The notes under the pieces: generated by a model
Databases searched by the model: none
Seen by the model: the letters and a program-made list of their open reading frames with translations, nothing else
What the model was told of the DNA's origin: nothing
Origin: Geopsychrobacteraceae bacterium
GTDB lineage: Bacteria > Desulfobacterota > Desulfuromonadia > Desulfuromonadales > Geopsychrobacteraceae
Length of the DNA: 64,000 nucleotides
Reading direction: 5' to 3'
Assembly: GCA_963662315.1 (NCBI GenBank)
Contig: OY759353.1
Location: 2,240,001-2,304,000, forward strand
Position numbers and translations under genes: made by a program
Shown: positions 19,038-29,973 of the stretch, in pieces
How positions within the stretch are numbered: the stretch's first letter is position 1
Layout: every line of letters starts with the position of its first letter

Positions 19038-21022
19038 CCACCGAGCATAAACACAATCAGCCTAGCATACTGGCTGTCGATGACAACCCGATCAACCTGG
19101 GTGCACTTGTCGCTCTGCTGGGGGATCATTGCGACCTGCGTGTCGCTATTGATGGCAATTCGGCATTAAACCTGATTGACGAAGGCTTTGTCCCCGACCT
19201 GATGCTGCTCGATATCATGATGCCTCAGATGAACGGCTATGCGTTATGCCGACAATTGAAACAGCGCGCCGCCATCAAGGACATCCCCTTTATTTTTCTG
19301 TCCGCCCTCGACAAGGAAGAGGACGAAACGGAAGGATTGCTGCTGGGAGCTGCAGACTATATCAGTAAACCGTTTCAGCCCGCTATTCTACTTCAGAGAA
19401 TCAAACTGCATCTGGAATTGAAAGCGTACCGTGATCAGCTGGAAAAAATGGTCATCGACAAAACCCGCAAACTGCGGGAAGCCGAACAGAAGGCCGTATA
19501 CCAGGAAGCCATCTACCGAGAACTGTTCAACAATATGGGCAATGGTGTCGCAGTCTACCAGCCGGTCGATGACGATTCGGACTTCACCATTCAGAACCTG
19601 AACCGTTCCGGGGTACGAATGTTCAATGCTCCGCTGCTTGACATTCTCGGCAAACCACTAACCAGCCTCAACAGAGGTGCGGCTGACCCTCAACTGCAGC
19701 CCCTGATCACCAGCGTCTGGGCGTCGGGAATCCCGCAACATGTTTCCCTTGAACTCAGTCTGGGACAGGTCGGAAACCAATGGATAGAGGGGTATATCTA
19801 CAAATTACCTACGGGGCAGGTCGTTGGCATCTACGACGACATCAGCGAACAGCGCGAAACCCAGAGACAAATAATCCACGCCAAAGAGCAATGGGAAAAA
19901 ACCTTCGATGCCATGTCGGACTGTGTCACCATTCTTGATGCCGATCTAAAAATTGTCCGCGCCAACAAGGCCAGTCAGGAACTCTTCGGGCGCCCCTACT
20001 CACAACTGATCGGCAGCTATTGCTTTACCCTGTTTGCCGGAGAGAACAGCTACTGCGACCCATGTCCAGCACTGGAGACCCTAAGAACAGCAGCCAACAG
20101 TTCGCAGACCCTGACCCATGCCCACCTGGGGCGGACCTACCATGTGTCTTGCTCTCTGCTCAACAGTGTCGATAGCGGTGCGCCTGACTTAATCCATGTC
20201 GCCCGCGACATCACGGAGCAGAAGCAAATGCAGGAAGAACTCAATCGGGCTCACCGGCTGGCTTCTATTGGCGAGCTGGCGGCTGGAGTCGCTCATGAAA
20301 TCAATAACCCGAACGGCCTGATCCTGCACAACAGCCAGCTGGTCATCGATATTTTCCGTGACCTGCAACCGATCCTGACCAACGCCCTTGATCCGGAGAC
20401 AGACCAATTGTTCGGAGGCCTGAGCGTTGAAGACATCTGCGAGACCCTGCCGCAGGTGCTCGAGGATATCAACGGCGCATCACGCCGAATCAAATTTATC
20501 GTCACAGAGCTGAGGGACTTCTCAAGCCATGACAATAATGACCCGCTTGACAAAATAGATATCAACCAAGTCGTCAATTCTTCAGCTCATCTGGTGAAAA
20601 ACACGCTGAAAAAAGCGACCCGCCATTTTAAGGTCCAGTTGGGAGAGGCCCTGCCGATGGTGACTGGTGTCGCTACGCGGCTTGAGCAGGTGATTATCAA
20701 TCTGTTGATTAATGCCTCACAAGCACTGGAAACACCCGACGATGAAATAACGGTTACGACAGAATACGATCCGACGAAGCGCCGGGTCCGAGTCCTGGTC
20801 AAGGATACCGGAAGTGGAATCCCTGAATCCCTTCGCGATAATATCTGCGACCCCTTCGTCACATCCAAACGTCAGAAAGGGGGTGCCGGCCTTGGCTTGT
20901 CTGTTTCGACCCGGATCGTTAACGCGCATAATGGCAGGCTGACATTTACGCCAAACCAGCCCAAAGGGACAACCTTTATCCTTGAGCTTCCTGTTGGAGA
21001 ACGTTGCCATGCCACATATTAG
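19034..21022 (+). CDS. REC-PAS-PAS histidine kinase
   Basis: ILAVDD..LLDIMMP..ISKPF; AGVAHEINNP; EQVIINLLINA; DTGSGI; GAGLGL; ATGA overlap with upstream gene. Confidence 0.92.
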   Translation: MTTEHKHNQPSILAVDDNPINLGALVALLGDHCDLRVAIDGNSALNLIDEGFVPDLMLLDIMMPQMNGYALCRQLKQRAAIKDIPFIFLSALDKEEDETEGLLLGAADYISKPFQPAILLQRIKLHLELKAYRDQLEKMVIDKTRKLREAEQKAVYQEAIYRELFNNMGNGVAVYQPVDDDSDFTIQNLNRSGVRMFNAPLLDILGKPLTSLNRGAADPQLQPLITSVWASGIPQHVSLELSLGQVGNQWIEGYIYKLPTGQVVGIYDDISEQRETQRQIIHAKEQWEKTFDAMSDCVTILDADLKIVRANKASQELFGRPYSQLIGSYCFTLFAGENSYCDPCPALETLRTAANSSQTLTHAHLGRTYHVSCSLLNSVDSGAPDLIHVARDITEQKQMQEELNRAHRLASIGELAAGVAHEINNPNGLILHNSQLVIDIFRDLQPILTNALDPETDQLFGGLSVEDICETLPQVLEDINGASRRIKFIVTELRDFSSHDNNDPLDKIDINQVVNSSAHLVKNTLKKATRHFKVQLGEALPMVTGVATRLEQVIINLLINASQALETPDDEITVTTEYDPTKRRVRVLVKDTGSGIPESLRDNICDPFVTSKRQKGGAGLGLSVSTRIVNAHNGRLTFTPNQPKGTTFILELPVGERCHATY

Positions 21023-22436
21023 CCACCTTTATCCAGACAACCCTGTGCTTATGGTCGATGATGAGCTGCCTTGGCTGCGCAGTATGAGCATGTCACTAAA
21101 ATCAGTCGGCGGCATCACCAATGTCAAATTATGCAACGACAGTCGCGAGGTAGCCAACCTGCTGCGGAAAAGCACCTTCAGCCTGGCTATTCTTGACCTG
21201 ACCATGCCTTACTTGGGTGGAGAAGATCTGTTGGCGCATATCCGGGAAAATTATCCGGAGTTGCCCGTCATTGTCATTAGCGGTATGAACCAGATAGAAA
21301 CTGCAATCCGCTGCGTCCGGGCCGGAGCCGAGGATTTTTATGTTAAAACCGACGAACGGGAACGTATTATCACCGGTATTCAGAAAGTCCTGAAGCAGGT
21401 CCGCCTGCAACAGGAAATTCGCCAGCTCTCCGCGACAATACTGGACAACAACCCGGCTACCGATCCTGCCTTCAGCAGTATTGTCTCGAAAAATATCAAG
21501 ATGCACAGCATTTTCAATTACCTGAAAGCTGTTTCCAGCAGCATGGAACCGATTCTGATTACCGGGGAAAGCGGGACGGGAAAGGAACTTATCGCCAGAT
21601 CAGTTCATCAGCTGAGCGCTCCTGACAAACCTCTGGTAGCAGTCAATGTCGCTGGCCTTGATGACATGATGTTCAGTGATTCGCTGTTCGGACATGTCAA
21701 GGGAGCCTTTACCGGCGCCGATAAAGTTCGGATGGGGATGATTGAAAAAGCCGCTGACGGGGTTCTGTTTCTCGATGAAATTGGCGATTTATCTATGCCA
21801 TCGCAGGTGAAACTGTTACGCCTGTTACAGGAAGGTGAATATTACCCGCTGGGGAGTGATCAACCACGTCTCAGCAAGGCCCGTATTATCGTGGCCACCA
21901 ATCACAGGCTGGCCGAAAAGGAAGCGGACGGCAGCTTCCGCCGTGACCTGCTCTATCGTCTCTATTCTCACCGGGTCCAGTTGCCTCCGCTACGCGAACG
22001 TAAAGAAGATATCCAGCCGTTACTTGATTACTTTATTCGCGAAGCGGCAACCAGCCTTGGCAAGGGGATACCAAGCTATCCCCCGGAACTGATCACCTTG
22101 CTCTCCACCTACCATTATCCGGGCAACATCCGCGAGCTCAGGGGCATGGTCCATGATGCGGTCAGCGTCCACAGCAAAGGGATTCTGTCCATGGCACGCT
22201 TTAAAGAAGCCATCGGCAATAGCGATTTGATTCCTGTGGAATCGCTCCCTCTCCATGGACCCGGAACCGCAAACGTCATTTTTAATGACCCTTTGCCGAC
22301 CATTAAAGAGTTAACTGAAATTCTGGTCGACGAAGCTATGCTGCGAGCAAACAACAATCAATCGATAGCGGCCCGAATTCTGGGTATCTCACACCAGGCA
22401 CTCAATCAACGCCTGAAAAAACGTGATAACCTGTAA
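21009..22436 (+). CDS. Sigma54-dependent (NtrC-family) response regulator
   Basis: REC domain; ITGESGTGKE; GAFTGA; FLDEIGD; YPGNIREL; Fis-type HTH. Confidence 0.95.
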   Translation: MPHISHLYPDNPVLMVDDELPWLRSMSMSLKSVGGITNVKLCNDSREVANLLRKSTFSLAILDLTMPYLGGEDLLAHIRENYPELPVIVISGMNQIETAIRCVRAGAEDFYVKTDERERIITGIQKVLKQVRLQQEIRQLSATILDNNPATDPAFSSIVSKNIKMHSIFNYLKAVSSSMEPILITGESGTGKELIARSVHQLSAPDKPLVAVNVAGLDDMMFSDSLFGHVKGAFTGADKVRMGMIEKAADGVLFLDEIGDLSMPSQVKLLRLLQEGEYYPLGSDQPRLSKARIIVATNHRLAEKEADGSFRRDLLYRLYSHRVQLPPLRERKEDIQPLLDYFIREAATSLGKGIPSYPPELITLLSTYHYPGNIRELRGMVHDAVSVHSKGILSMARFKEAIGNSDLIPVESLPLHGPGTANVIFNDPLPTIKELTEILVDEAMLRANNNQSIAARILGISHQALNQRLKKRDNL

Positions 22437-22442
22437 GGCAGA

Positions 22443-25358
22443 ATGTCCATGATAAACAGCGAACATAAACAAAGACGTAAAATTGATCGCATTCTGGCTG
22501 AGCGCAAAAAACTTAGCCGCATTGCTGATGAGCGGTCACTCCATGGCGTCATGCAAAGCGTCATTGACACGGCCGAAAAAATGACCGACAGCCGTATCGG
22601 TTTTCTCTGCTGCCTGACCGATAACGGCACAGAAATCAGCCACCAGATTTATTCGACTCTGTCAGAAAAACTTCTGCCCCAGACAGACAAAACACCGTCA
22701 CGCATAGCCCAGACTCAGGCGTGGCAAAAGTGTCTGCAGCAGCAACGATCTGTGATTTGCAACGACTTCAACCTGCACAATCAAGACATTAGAACAACAA
22801 CAGCGCTCCCGTTCTTTCGCTCAATGCTGATTCCCGTCATCCGCGGTCAACAGATTGTTGCCATACTCGGTATAGGCAACAAACCGGTCCCTTATGATGA
22901 GGAGGACATTGAGCATATCAGTGAACTGGCCGATCTGTGTTGGGATATTATTGCTCGTAAGCAAGCCCTGGAATCGCTAGCAACCGCCCAGCCCCCGGCC
23001 GCCAAACGTGACAACCATGATCAGTGTCTGCGGGTTAAATCAGAGAGCCGATACCGCAAACTAATTGAAAACCTCAATGATTCCGTGTTCCTGATCAAAA
23101 ACACCGGACCTCAAATGGCAAACTTTGCTGAAATTAATCAGGAAGCCATAAACCGCTATGGCTATACGCGAGCAGAATTCATACAGATGAAAGTTCTCAA
23201 CCTGATCGCTCCTGAAGCCCTCAACACAGCAATGGTTGAAAGACGTTTCAAAACCCTGAACAAAGAAGGAAAAATCGTTTACGAGTCGACCCACATAAGC
23301 AAAAGTGGTGAACGTTTTCCGGTTGAATTCAGCGCGACCACCGTTGAGATGGAAGGAGAAACTTATATCCTGGCGACAGTACGCGATATATCGCAGCGCA
23401 AGCTGGCCGAAGAACAGCAGAAAGAAACCGAAGGAATGCTCCAGCTCATTACTGACAATATCAGCGATGTCGTCTGGATGTTCGACCTCAGGCAGCAGCG
23501 CTACACTTATTTCAGTCCATCAGTTCAGCAAGTGCGTGGACATTCTCCTCAACAGGCCATGAGCATGTCGATGGAAGAAAGCCTGACACCGGAATCTTAC
23601 CAGAAAGCACTCAAGCGTATCAGTCTCCTGGTCGACAGTCCGGAAACCGTCACTAAGAATCACGAAATCATTGAACTGCAGCAATACCATGCCAATGGAC
23701 AACTGCTCGATGTTGAAATTGCCGCACGTCTGATCAGGGATGCCGATGGTAAGCCGCTCTCCCTGGCGGGAGTCACCAGGGATATTACGGCTCGAAAAAT
23801 AGCCGAAAGAAAGCTCCAGGAAGAAAAAGATAAATTTCGCAGCCTGTTTGAACACATCACTGATTATGTATTGATTCTCAAGGCCCAGGATAACGATCTA
23901 ATCATTACCGACATGAGCGAGTCGGCCTGTCATTACCATGGCTATACTCGCGCTGAACTGATCGGGCAATCGATCTCGTTACTCGATGCCTCCGGTTTTA
24001 ATATGGACCAGAACCGGGAAAACCTCAAACTGCTCAGAGCAGGACAAACATACTCCTTTGAAACGGTTCATCTCCGCAAAGACGGCTCAACCTTTCCTGT
24101 CGGCGCGGCGACTAAGCAGATTGAAATCGATGGAGAGCCCTACCTGTTTGCCATCGAACACGATCTGACAATGCGCAAGAAAGCCGAAATGGAGCGCAAT
24201 GACCTGGAGCAGCAATTACGCCAGAAGTATAAAATGGAAGCCGTTGGTCTGATAGCCGGGGGGATGGCTCATAATTTCAATAATAATCTGGCGATTATCC
24301 TCGGCAACCTGGAACTGATAAAAATGCGCACCCAGGGAGCAGCAAAATTGGACGAATACCTCGAGAATGCAATGATCGGAGTCCACAGATCGCGAGAACT
24401 GGTTCAACAGATCATGACCTACAGCCGCCAGGGAACACACCGCAAATCATCCATTCACCCCGCACTGGTGATTGAGGAAACCTGTAAACTGCTTCGCTCA
24501 ACCATACCGGCATCGGTCGAACTGGACTTTCACTCAGACAGTCCGGTGGACATGGTTATTCTGGCCGACTCGACGAGGATCCAGGAAGCCCTGCTTAATT
24601 TATGCAACAATGCTGTCCATGCCATGCGCGAGAAAGGTAAGCTATCCATCCTACTGCAGAGCACCGAATTAACTACGGCCGACATTCCCGCTCAGTTTAC
24701 CTGCCAGCCAGGGCTATATGCCTGCCTGGCAATAAAAGACACGGGCAGCGGCATGACTCCTGAGATTATGGAGAAGATCTTTGATCCGTTCTTTACCACT
24801 AAAGATGTGGATGAAGGAACTGGTATGGGGCTTGCTACAGTGCAGGGGATAGTCGAACAGCATGATGGACTGATTAAAGTTGCCAGCACTCCCGGAGCAG
24901 GAACCACCTTTTCACTCTATTTCCCGGTCGCAGAACCTGGTCAGCACCAGATCCCACAAAGAGAAGTGACCCTGCAACGCGGATCCGAGCGAATTCTGTT
25001 GGTTGAAGACAACAAAGTACTGGCTCATGTCAACGCCACAATGCTGGCTGAGATGGGCTATCAGGTTGACATCGAAACCAGCAGTCCCCAGGCTCTCAAA
25101 CGTCTCAGTAACGGCACAGAGCGCTTTGACCTGGTCATCACCGACCAGACTATGCCGGAACTGACCGGGGATGAACTGGCAAAGGAAGTTCGGGCGTTGT
25201 ATCCTCACCTGCCCATTATTCTGTGCACCGGCTACTGTAATAATATCACCAGTCAAGATGCCAAACGCCTTGGACTAACCGCCTTTTGCATGAAACCTCT
25301 CGACATGCCTCAACTACTTAAAATTGTTCGCGCAGCCCTTGATGACAGAAAAACATAA
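22443..25358 (+). CDS. Hybrid GAF-PAS-PAS-PAS histidine kinase with C-terminal REC
   Basis: GAF (GIGNKPVPYDEED), three PAS/PAC, GGMAHNFNN, FDPFFTTK..GTGMGL, ITDQTMP. Confidence 0.93.
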   Translation: MSMINSEHKQRRKIDRILAERKKLSRIADERSLHGVMQSVIDTAEKMTDSRIGFLCCLTDNGTEISHQIYSTLSEKLLPQTDKTPSRIAQTQAWQKCLQQQRSVICNDFNLHNQDIRTTTALPFFRSMLIPVIRGQQIVAILGIGNKPVPYDEEDIEHISELADLCWDIIARKQALESLATAQPPAAKRDNHDQCLRVKSESRYRKLIENLNDSVFLIKNTGPQMANFAEINQEAINRYGYTRAEFIQMKVLNLIAPEALNTAMVERRFKTLNKEGKIVYESTHISKSGERFPVEFSATTVEMEGETYILATVRDISQRKLAEEQQKETEGMLQLITDNISDVVWMFDLRQQRYTYFSPSVQQVRGHSPQQAMSMSMEESLTPESYQKALKRISLLVDSPETVTKNHEIIELQQYHANGQLLDVEIAARLIRDADGKPLSLAGVTRDITARKIAERKLQEEKDKFRSLFEHITDYVLILKAQDNDLIITDMSESACHYHGYTRAELIGQSISLLDASGFNMDQNRENLKLLRAGQTYSFETVHLRKDGSTFPVGAATKQIEIDGEPYLFAIEHDLTMRKKAEMERNDLEQQLRQKYKMEAVGLIAGGMAHNFNNNLAIILGNLELIKMRTQGAAKLDEYLENAMIGVHRSRELVQQIMTYSRQGTHRKSSIHPALVIEETCKLLRSTIPASVELDFHSDSPVDMVILADSTRIQEALLNLCNNAVHAMREKGKLSILLQSTELTTADIPAQFTCQPGLYACLAIKDTGSGMTPEIMEKIFDPFFTTKDVDEGTGMGLATVQGIVEQHDGLIKVASTPGAGTTFSLYFPVAEPGQHQIPQREVTLQRGSERILLVEDNKVLAHVNATMLAEMGYQVDIETSSPQALKRLSNGTERFDLVITDQTMPELTGDELAKEVRALYPHLPIILCTGYCNNITSQDAKRLGLTAFCMKPLDMPQLLKIVRAALDDRKT

Positions 25359-25394
25359 GGGGCAAGAGCTCATCAAAAACCAGCTCTTGCCCCT
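25358..25394. terminator. Stem-loop between convergent genes
   Basis: AGGGGCAAGAGCT / AGCTCTTGCCCCT 13-bp perfect stem. Confidence 0.65.
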
Positions 25395-25427
25395 CGGAAA
25401 AAACATCCCCTGCTGAATAGATCTGCA

Positions 25428-25814
25428 TTATCCCCTTAGAGGGTGATTTTTCAAAAGATTAATTGCTTCAACATTACCTTGAATAAGCTCCAGAATTATG
25501 CCTTCTGAAAGAACAATCCAATTGAAATCTTTTCCTGCCGCTGGGGTTACTCCCGGAATACTTTTTAACAAATGCAAGACAGCATCTAAATCCGTCACAA
25601 CAATTCCTAAATGATCTACACCACAGACTTCCGCCTGCGATTTACGCAACAACTGGATACCACCGGACAGCCAAGCAATTTCAGGATTTTCCAAAGCTCC
25701 TTTGTGTTTGGTTACCATCATCCCGAAGACATCGCTAAAAAGATTGATATGCCAGTTCATATCCGTAACCGAAACAGCAACGTGCTCAACAAAACCGTAA
25801 TTCTTATCACTCAT
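25428..25814 (-). CDS. VOC/glyoxalase-family protein
   Basis: VEHVAVSV, IQL, VDHLGIVV, ILELIQ metal-ligand pattern. Confidence 0.8.
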   Translation of the reverse strand: MSDKNYGFVEHVAVSVTDMNWHINLFSDVFGMMVTKHKGALENPEIAWLSGGIQLLRKSQAEVCGVDHLGIVVTDLDAVLHLLKSIPGVTPAAGKDFNWIVLSEGIILELIQGNVEAINLLKNHPLRG

Positions 25815-25903
25815 AACTAAAGGCTCTTTTGCAGAAAAATGGCTCGCGTGGGTAATAATTCAACTCTCTGACATTATATATTTAGCTTTTGACTATATAT
25901 TTG

Positions 25904-27814
25904 TCAGGAACCGTTTTCTTTATGAAGATGCGTCACACTGAAATTTGTTCCATTTTTCTTCTTCATCACAACATGGAATATGAAATAGACAACACTCACC
26001 GTCATGCCAATGTCCCAAGCCATACTACCGGTAGCGCTGACAATCGCTGCTCCACTGCTCAGAAGAAGTATAATACGCTCAAACATATTCAGAGGTCGCA
26101 AAATATAACCATTAACAGCAATAGCCCAAAAGATGGTCGATACCACCAGACCTACACCGGCAATAGCAATTTCAGACGGGGTACCAACAAAAAGCAGGGC
26201 CTGGTCTGAAATAAAAGCAAAGGGAATAAGAAAAGCAGCCGAACACATCCAGAAAGAGACAACACTGGTCTTCATCGCATCAGTCTGAGCCACCCCGGCG
26301 GCGGCAAATGAAGCCAATGAAACCGGCGGTGTGACCATGGACAGGACACAGTAATACATGACAAAAAAGTGGGCCTGAAGGTCACCGATTCCCAATTTCT
26401 GAAGAGCCGGAACATACAAAATGGCCCCGATAATATAAGCTGCTACCGTCGGGAGCCCCATGCCCATGACAATACAGCCAAGAATGACAAAAATGAGGGA
26501 GATAACGTAAGACGATCCACTGGCAGAAATCAGGCTGGATGAAAACTTAAGGGCCAGGTTGGATTGAATCGCAACGGCAATGACAATGCCAATTGCCGAA
26601 ATCGGTACCGCGATAACCGCAACCTGCTTCCCCGTATCCATGATCATTTGGGGTAAGTCATAAAGTGAAAAACGCGTTTCTTTGCGCAGATAAGGGACAA
26701 TAAAGCAGGAAATCGTTGCATAGACCACCGAGATCTGTGCCGAATACCCAAGGACCAGGAAAAAAACCAGGACAACAGGCGGTGCCAGCATGTGAATTCT
26801 TGGCAACATTGGTGGCACACCTTCAAGATCCTGATCCGTCAAAGTTCCGACCCCATGCCTGCGTGCGCCGAGATCAGCAGAAACGAACAACGCAAGATAA
26901 TAGGCTAAAGCCGGAAAGATACCTGCCAAAGCAATTTGGGAATAAGGGATGACCAACAGTTCCGCCATGACAAACGCCGCAATGCCCATAATCGGGGGCA
27001 TGAGCTGTCCACCGGTAGAGGCAATCGCTTCGGTTGCCGCAGCACGCTCCCCCGTCATTCCGGTTTTTTTCATTAAGGGAATCGTAAACACCCCCGTAGC
27101 TGTAACGTTGGCAACAGCGCTACCCGAAATGGTTCCCATCAAACTTGATCCAACAATAGCTACTTTTGCGCCGCCACCACATGTCTTCCCGACCATGCGC
27201 ATGGCAAGATCAATGAATAACTGACCTCCTCCGACACAACTGTAAACAGCCCCGAAGACAATAAAATAGAAGATAAAATTAACAGATGTCGCAGTGGTGA
27301 CTCCCAAAATACCGCTGGTTGTCATTGTTAGAATTTCAGAATAATCGGGAAGAGCTAAACCACTGAAGCCAAATTCGCCCGGAAGAACATATCCAAAACC
27401 ACCATAAAGAAGGAAAAGAACAATAACAACAACCAGGATAGTCCCTACAGTCCGACGAACGCCTTCGATCAACAGCACAACGAGAAGACAGGCGATTGCG
27501 ATATCAAACCAGAAGATCTCAGAGATACTTTCGATTCGAGTTTCCAGACGGGTCATCTCCAGCCAGTAATAAATACCAACGACAAGAGTTCCGGCAATAC
27601 AGAGACCGTCTATAATCCACCCGAAATATCGAGGCAATCGCCCAGCCTTGAACGGGACAGCCAGGAAGGTCAGCAACAGGGCTAAAATCAGGTGAACAGG
27701 TCGTTCAAAATGTGGTGCCTGAGGACTGTAAAGAATCCAATATTGAAACGCGATCAATCCCAATGAGATCCAGGTAATGGGATGAACAACAACTTTCTTA
27801 AATGATGCCTCCAT
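25904..27814 (-). CDS. TAXI-TRAP 4TM/12TM fused permease
   Basis: GTISGSAVANV, EAIASTGGQLMPPIMG, GMGLPTVAAY, VTPPV. Confidence 0.93.
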   Translation of the reverse strand: MEASFKKVVVHPITWISLGLIAFQYWILYSPQAPHFERPVHLILALLLTFLAVPFKAGRLPRYFGWIIDGLCIAGTLVVGIYYWLEMTRLETRIESISEIFWFDIAIACLLVVLLIEGVRRTVGTILVVVIVLFLLYGGFGYVLPGEFGFSGLALPDYSEILTMTTSGILGVTTATSVNFIFYFIVFGAVYSCVGGGQLFIDLAMRMVGKTCGGGAKVAIVGSSLMGTISGSAVANVTATGVFTIPLMKKTGMTGERAAATEAIASTGGQLMPPIMGIAAFVMAELLVIPYSQIALAGIFPALAYYLALFVSADLGARRHGVGTLTDQDLEGVPPMLPRIHMLAPPVVLVFFLVLGYSAQISVVYATISCFIVPYLRKETRFSLYDLPQMIMDTGKQVAVIAVPISAIGIVIAVAIQSNLALKFSSSLISASGSSYVISLIFVILGCIVMGMGLPTVAAYIIGAILYVPALQKLGIGDLQAHFFVMYYCVLSMVTPPVSLASFAAAGVAQTDAMKTSVVSFWMCSAAFLIPFAFISDQALLFVGTPSEIAIAGVGLVVSTIFWAIAVNGYILRPLNMFERIILLLSSGAAIVSATGSMAWDIGMTVSVVYFIFHVVMKKKNGTNFSVTHLHKENGS

Positions 27815-27890
27815 ACAAATATCTCCCGGTCCTTCTGTTCAGAAAAGAACCCAGGGTTAATTTATCAGACTAACCCTGGGATAATTATTT

Positions 27891-28883
27891 TTATAACCAT
27901 CCTCTTTCTTTGTAGTACCGAATTGCTCCGGGATGTAACGCAATGCCATTATTTTCGGGAAGAGCCGCTTTTTCAGGGACAAAGGCCTTCCAGGCAGGAA
28001 AGTCAACCGCCATTTTGTCCATATTCTCAACAATAGCTTTAGTCAACTTGTAAGCTACGTCTTCGGGCATACTCTTATTGGTAATAATTTGAGTCCCGAA
28101 ATCACCCCCAACGGTTGGACCCTCCTGGGCCTCAAACCATTTTGGAATATTCGCTTTCCTAATGCCGTATTCGGACAAAGCAGTAGTGGCTTTTTCTGAC
28201 AGATCGAGGAAGGTAACACCACCAGTCAAGGAAATCTCCTGGATCGTCGGGTGACCGCGCAAGACACTGTCAAAATAAAGATCAACGCGACCATCTCGCA
28301 TTAATGACGACATTTGGGCCGGTGCAACCTGATAGATCTTGCCACCGTTTTCTTCAATCTTTTTACGGGTAAGACCGTGAGCTTCGAGCACGATATCGAC
28401 AGCCGGGGGAATAAATGATCCCGGCGGCTTCATCATGATATTGATGGGTTTTCCTGATTCAAGAATATCTTTCAGAGTCGAAAAACCATTTTTCTTAAGA
28501 TAATCTTTGCGCACGATTGCGCCAATAAAGACAGGATTGAGTCCTCCGACCAGAGAACGAATATCCTCAGCCTTCTTCCCTTGGTAAAGGAGCTGACCTT
28601 TGGATGCCCAAAGAGATGTTGCCACGTTCGATATGGCAAGCTGGGCTTTCCCCTGCTGAACCACCAGGGGGTTGGAAACCCCTCCCCCGCGTGCAACAAC
28701 CTCAAAATCCATTCCGGGCAGAAGAGTTTCAAGATTTTTTTCTAACGTTGCTGCGGCAACGTACCATCCGGAACCAACCGGCATAGCACCAATCCGGTAA
28801 GGTTCAGCATAAACAGGGGTGGAAATTACACTGACAATGAGAATAACGGTAAACCAAAATATCTTTATTCTTGAGTTTTGCAT
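27891..28883 (-). CDS. TAXI-family solute receptor
   Basis: Signal peptide, GSGWY, GGGVSNP, MPEDVAYKLTK, IALHPGAIRYYKERG. Confidence 0.92.
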   Translation of the reverse strand: MQNSRIKIFWFTVILIVSVISTPVYAEPYRIGAMPVGSGWYVAAATLEKNLETLLPGMDFEVVARGGGVSNPLVVQQGKAQLAISNVATSLWASKGQLLYQGKKAEDIRSLVGGLNPVFIGAIVRKDYLKKNGFSTLKDILESGKPINIMMKPPGSFIPPAVDIVLEAHGLTRKKIEENGGKIYQVAPAQMSSLMRDGRVDLYFDSVLRGHPTIQEISLTGGVTFLDLSEKATTALSEYGIRKANIPKWFEAQEGPTVGGDFGTQIITNKSMPEDVAYKLTKAIVENMDKMAVDFPAWKAFVPEKAALPENNGIALHPGAIRYYKERGWL

Positions 28884-29019
28884 CTTTGAAACCTCTCCTT
28901 TCTCTCTGGCGACAGATCGTTACCGATCTGTCGCCCATGAATTAAGCTGTTTCTACAAAGCCTCTTTTTATTCTATCAGCTCAAACACTTAATGCTATGC
29001 CGATAGTTCCGTCAATGTC

Positions 29020-29943
29020 TTACTTAACCAGCCCCGCAGAGCGCAGTGCATCCGCGATTTCCTTATCTGCTCCTTCACAAAGAGGCAACAAAGGCGGACG
29101 AACGGTGGCATGCTCGAGAATGCCACGAGCAACCAAGCCCCATTTCAAGGCAACAGTGCCTTCCATATGAGAGCCACGGTGGTAGACCGACCTTGTGACA
29201 GGCAGCAGTTGGTCATGAATTTCGCGAGCTTTTTTATAGTCCTTGGCTTTACCAGCCTTAATCAGTTCGATCAGCGGTTCTGGAGTCAGACCACCATAGC
29301 CGACCAGAGCACCATCGACATCAAACATGGTGTGAAGCAGATACTCATCATGGCAGGTCAGGATCTGCAGGTCAGGGCGCTCGCGGCGGATGATCGGAAT
29401 CTCAACATCCCAGCGACGCATGTTACGCACACCATTTTTCATGGCGAAAACACCAGGCTGAGCTGAGATTTCAAGCAGAGTATCAAGGTTATAGGTCGCC
29501 TTGGTCACATCCGGATATTGGAACAGGATCAGCGGCAAACCACTTTCTTCGTAGACAGCGCGGTAGCGATCCTGCGGTGCACCCGGCTGATAACCGAAAC
29601 GCAACCAGCCGTGGGAAGGATAGAGAAGACCTGCAGAAGCGCCAGCAGCAACAGCACGCTTGGCTTCAGCAGCAGCAACAGCAGTTCCTTCGAGAGTAAT
29701 ACCAGCGATAATCGGAATCCGGCCATCAACGGACTCTTTGAAGCTCTTAATAACATCGGCCTGCTCATCAGGAGTCATGAATGTTCCTTCCCCTGCATGA
29801 CCGAGAACAACCAATCCCTTCACGTCTTCAAAACTTCCCAACCATGAGCCCAGGCGCTTAATTGCATCATGATCAACAGCACCATCACGGGTGAACGGGG
29901 TAACCGGTGCGGGGACGAGTCCTCTTAAATCAATGTTACTCAT
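29020..29943 (-). CDS. DapA/NAL-family aldolase or dehydratase (not canonical DHDPS)
   Basis: PAPVTPF, GHAGE (variant of GTTGE), Schiff-base Lys in AMKNG, VRPPL. Confidence 0.85.
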   Translation of the reverse strand: MSNIDLRGLVPAPVTPFTRDGAVDHDAIKRLGSWLGSFEDVKGLVVLGHAGEGTFMTPDEQADVIKSFKESVDGRIPIIAGITLEGTAVAAAEAKRAVAAGASAGLLYPSHGWLRFGYQPGAPQDRYRAVYEESGLPLILFQYPDVTKATYNLDTLLEISAQPGVFAMKNGVRNMRRWDVEIPIIRRERPDLQILTCHDEYLLHTMFDVDGALVGYGGLTPEPLIELIKAGKAKDYKKAREIHDQLLPVTRSVYHRGSHMEGTVALKWGLVARGILEHATVRPPLLPLCEGADKEIADALRSAGLVK

Positions 29944-29973
29944 CTTACTCTCCTTCCATTCCTTTGAATGCGT

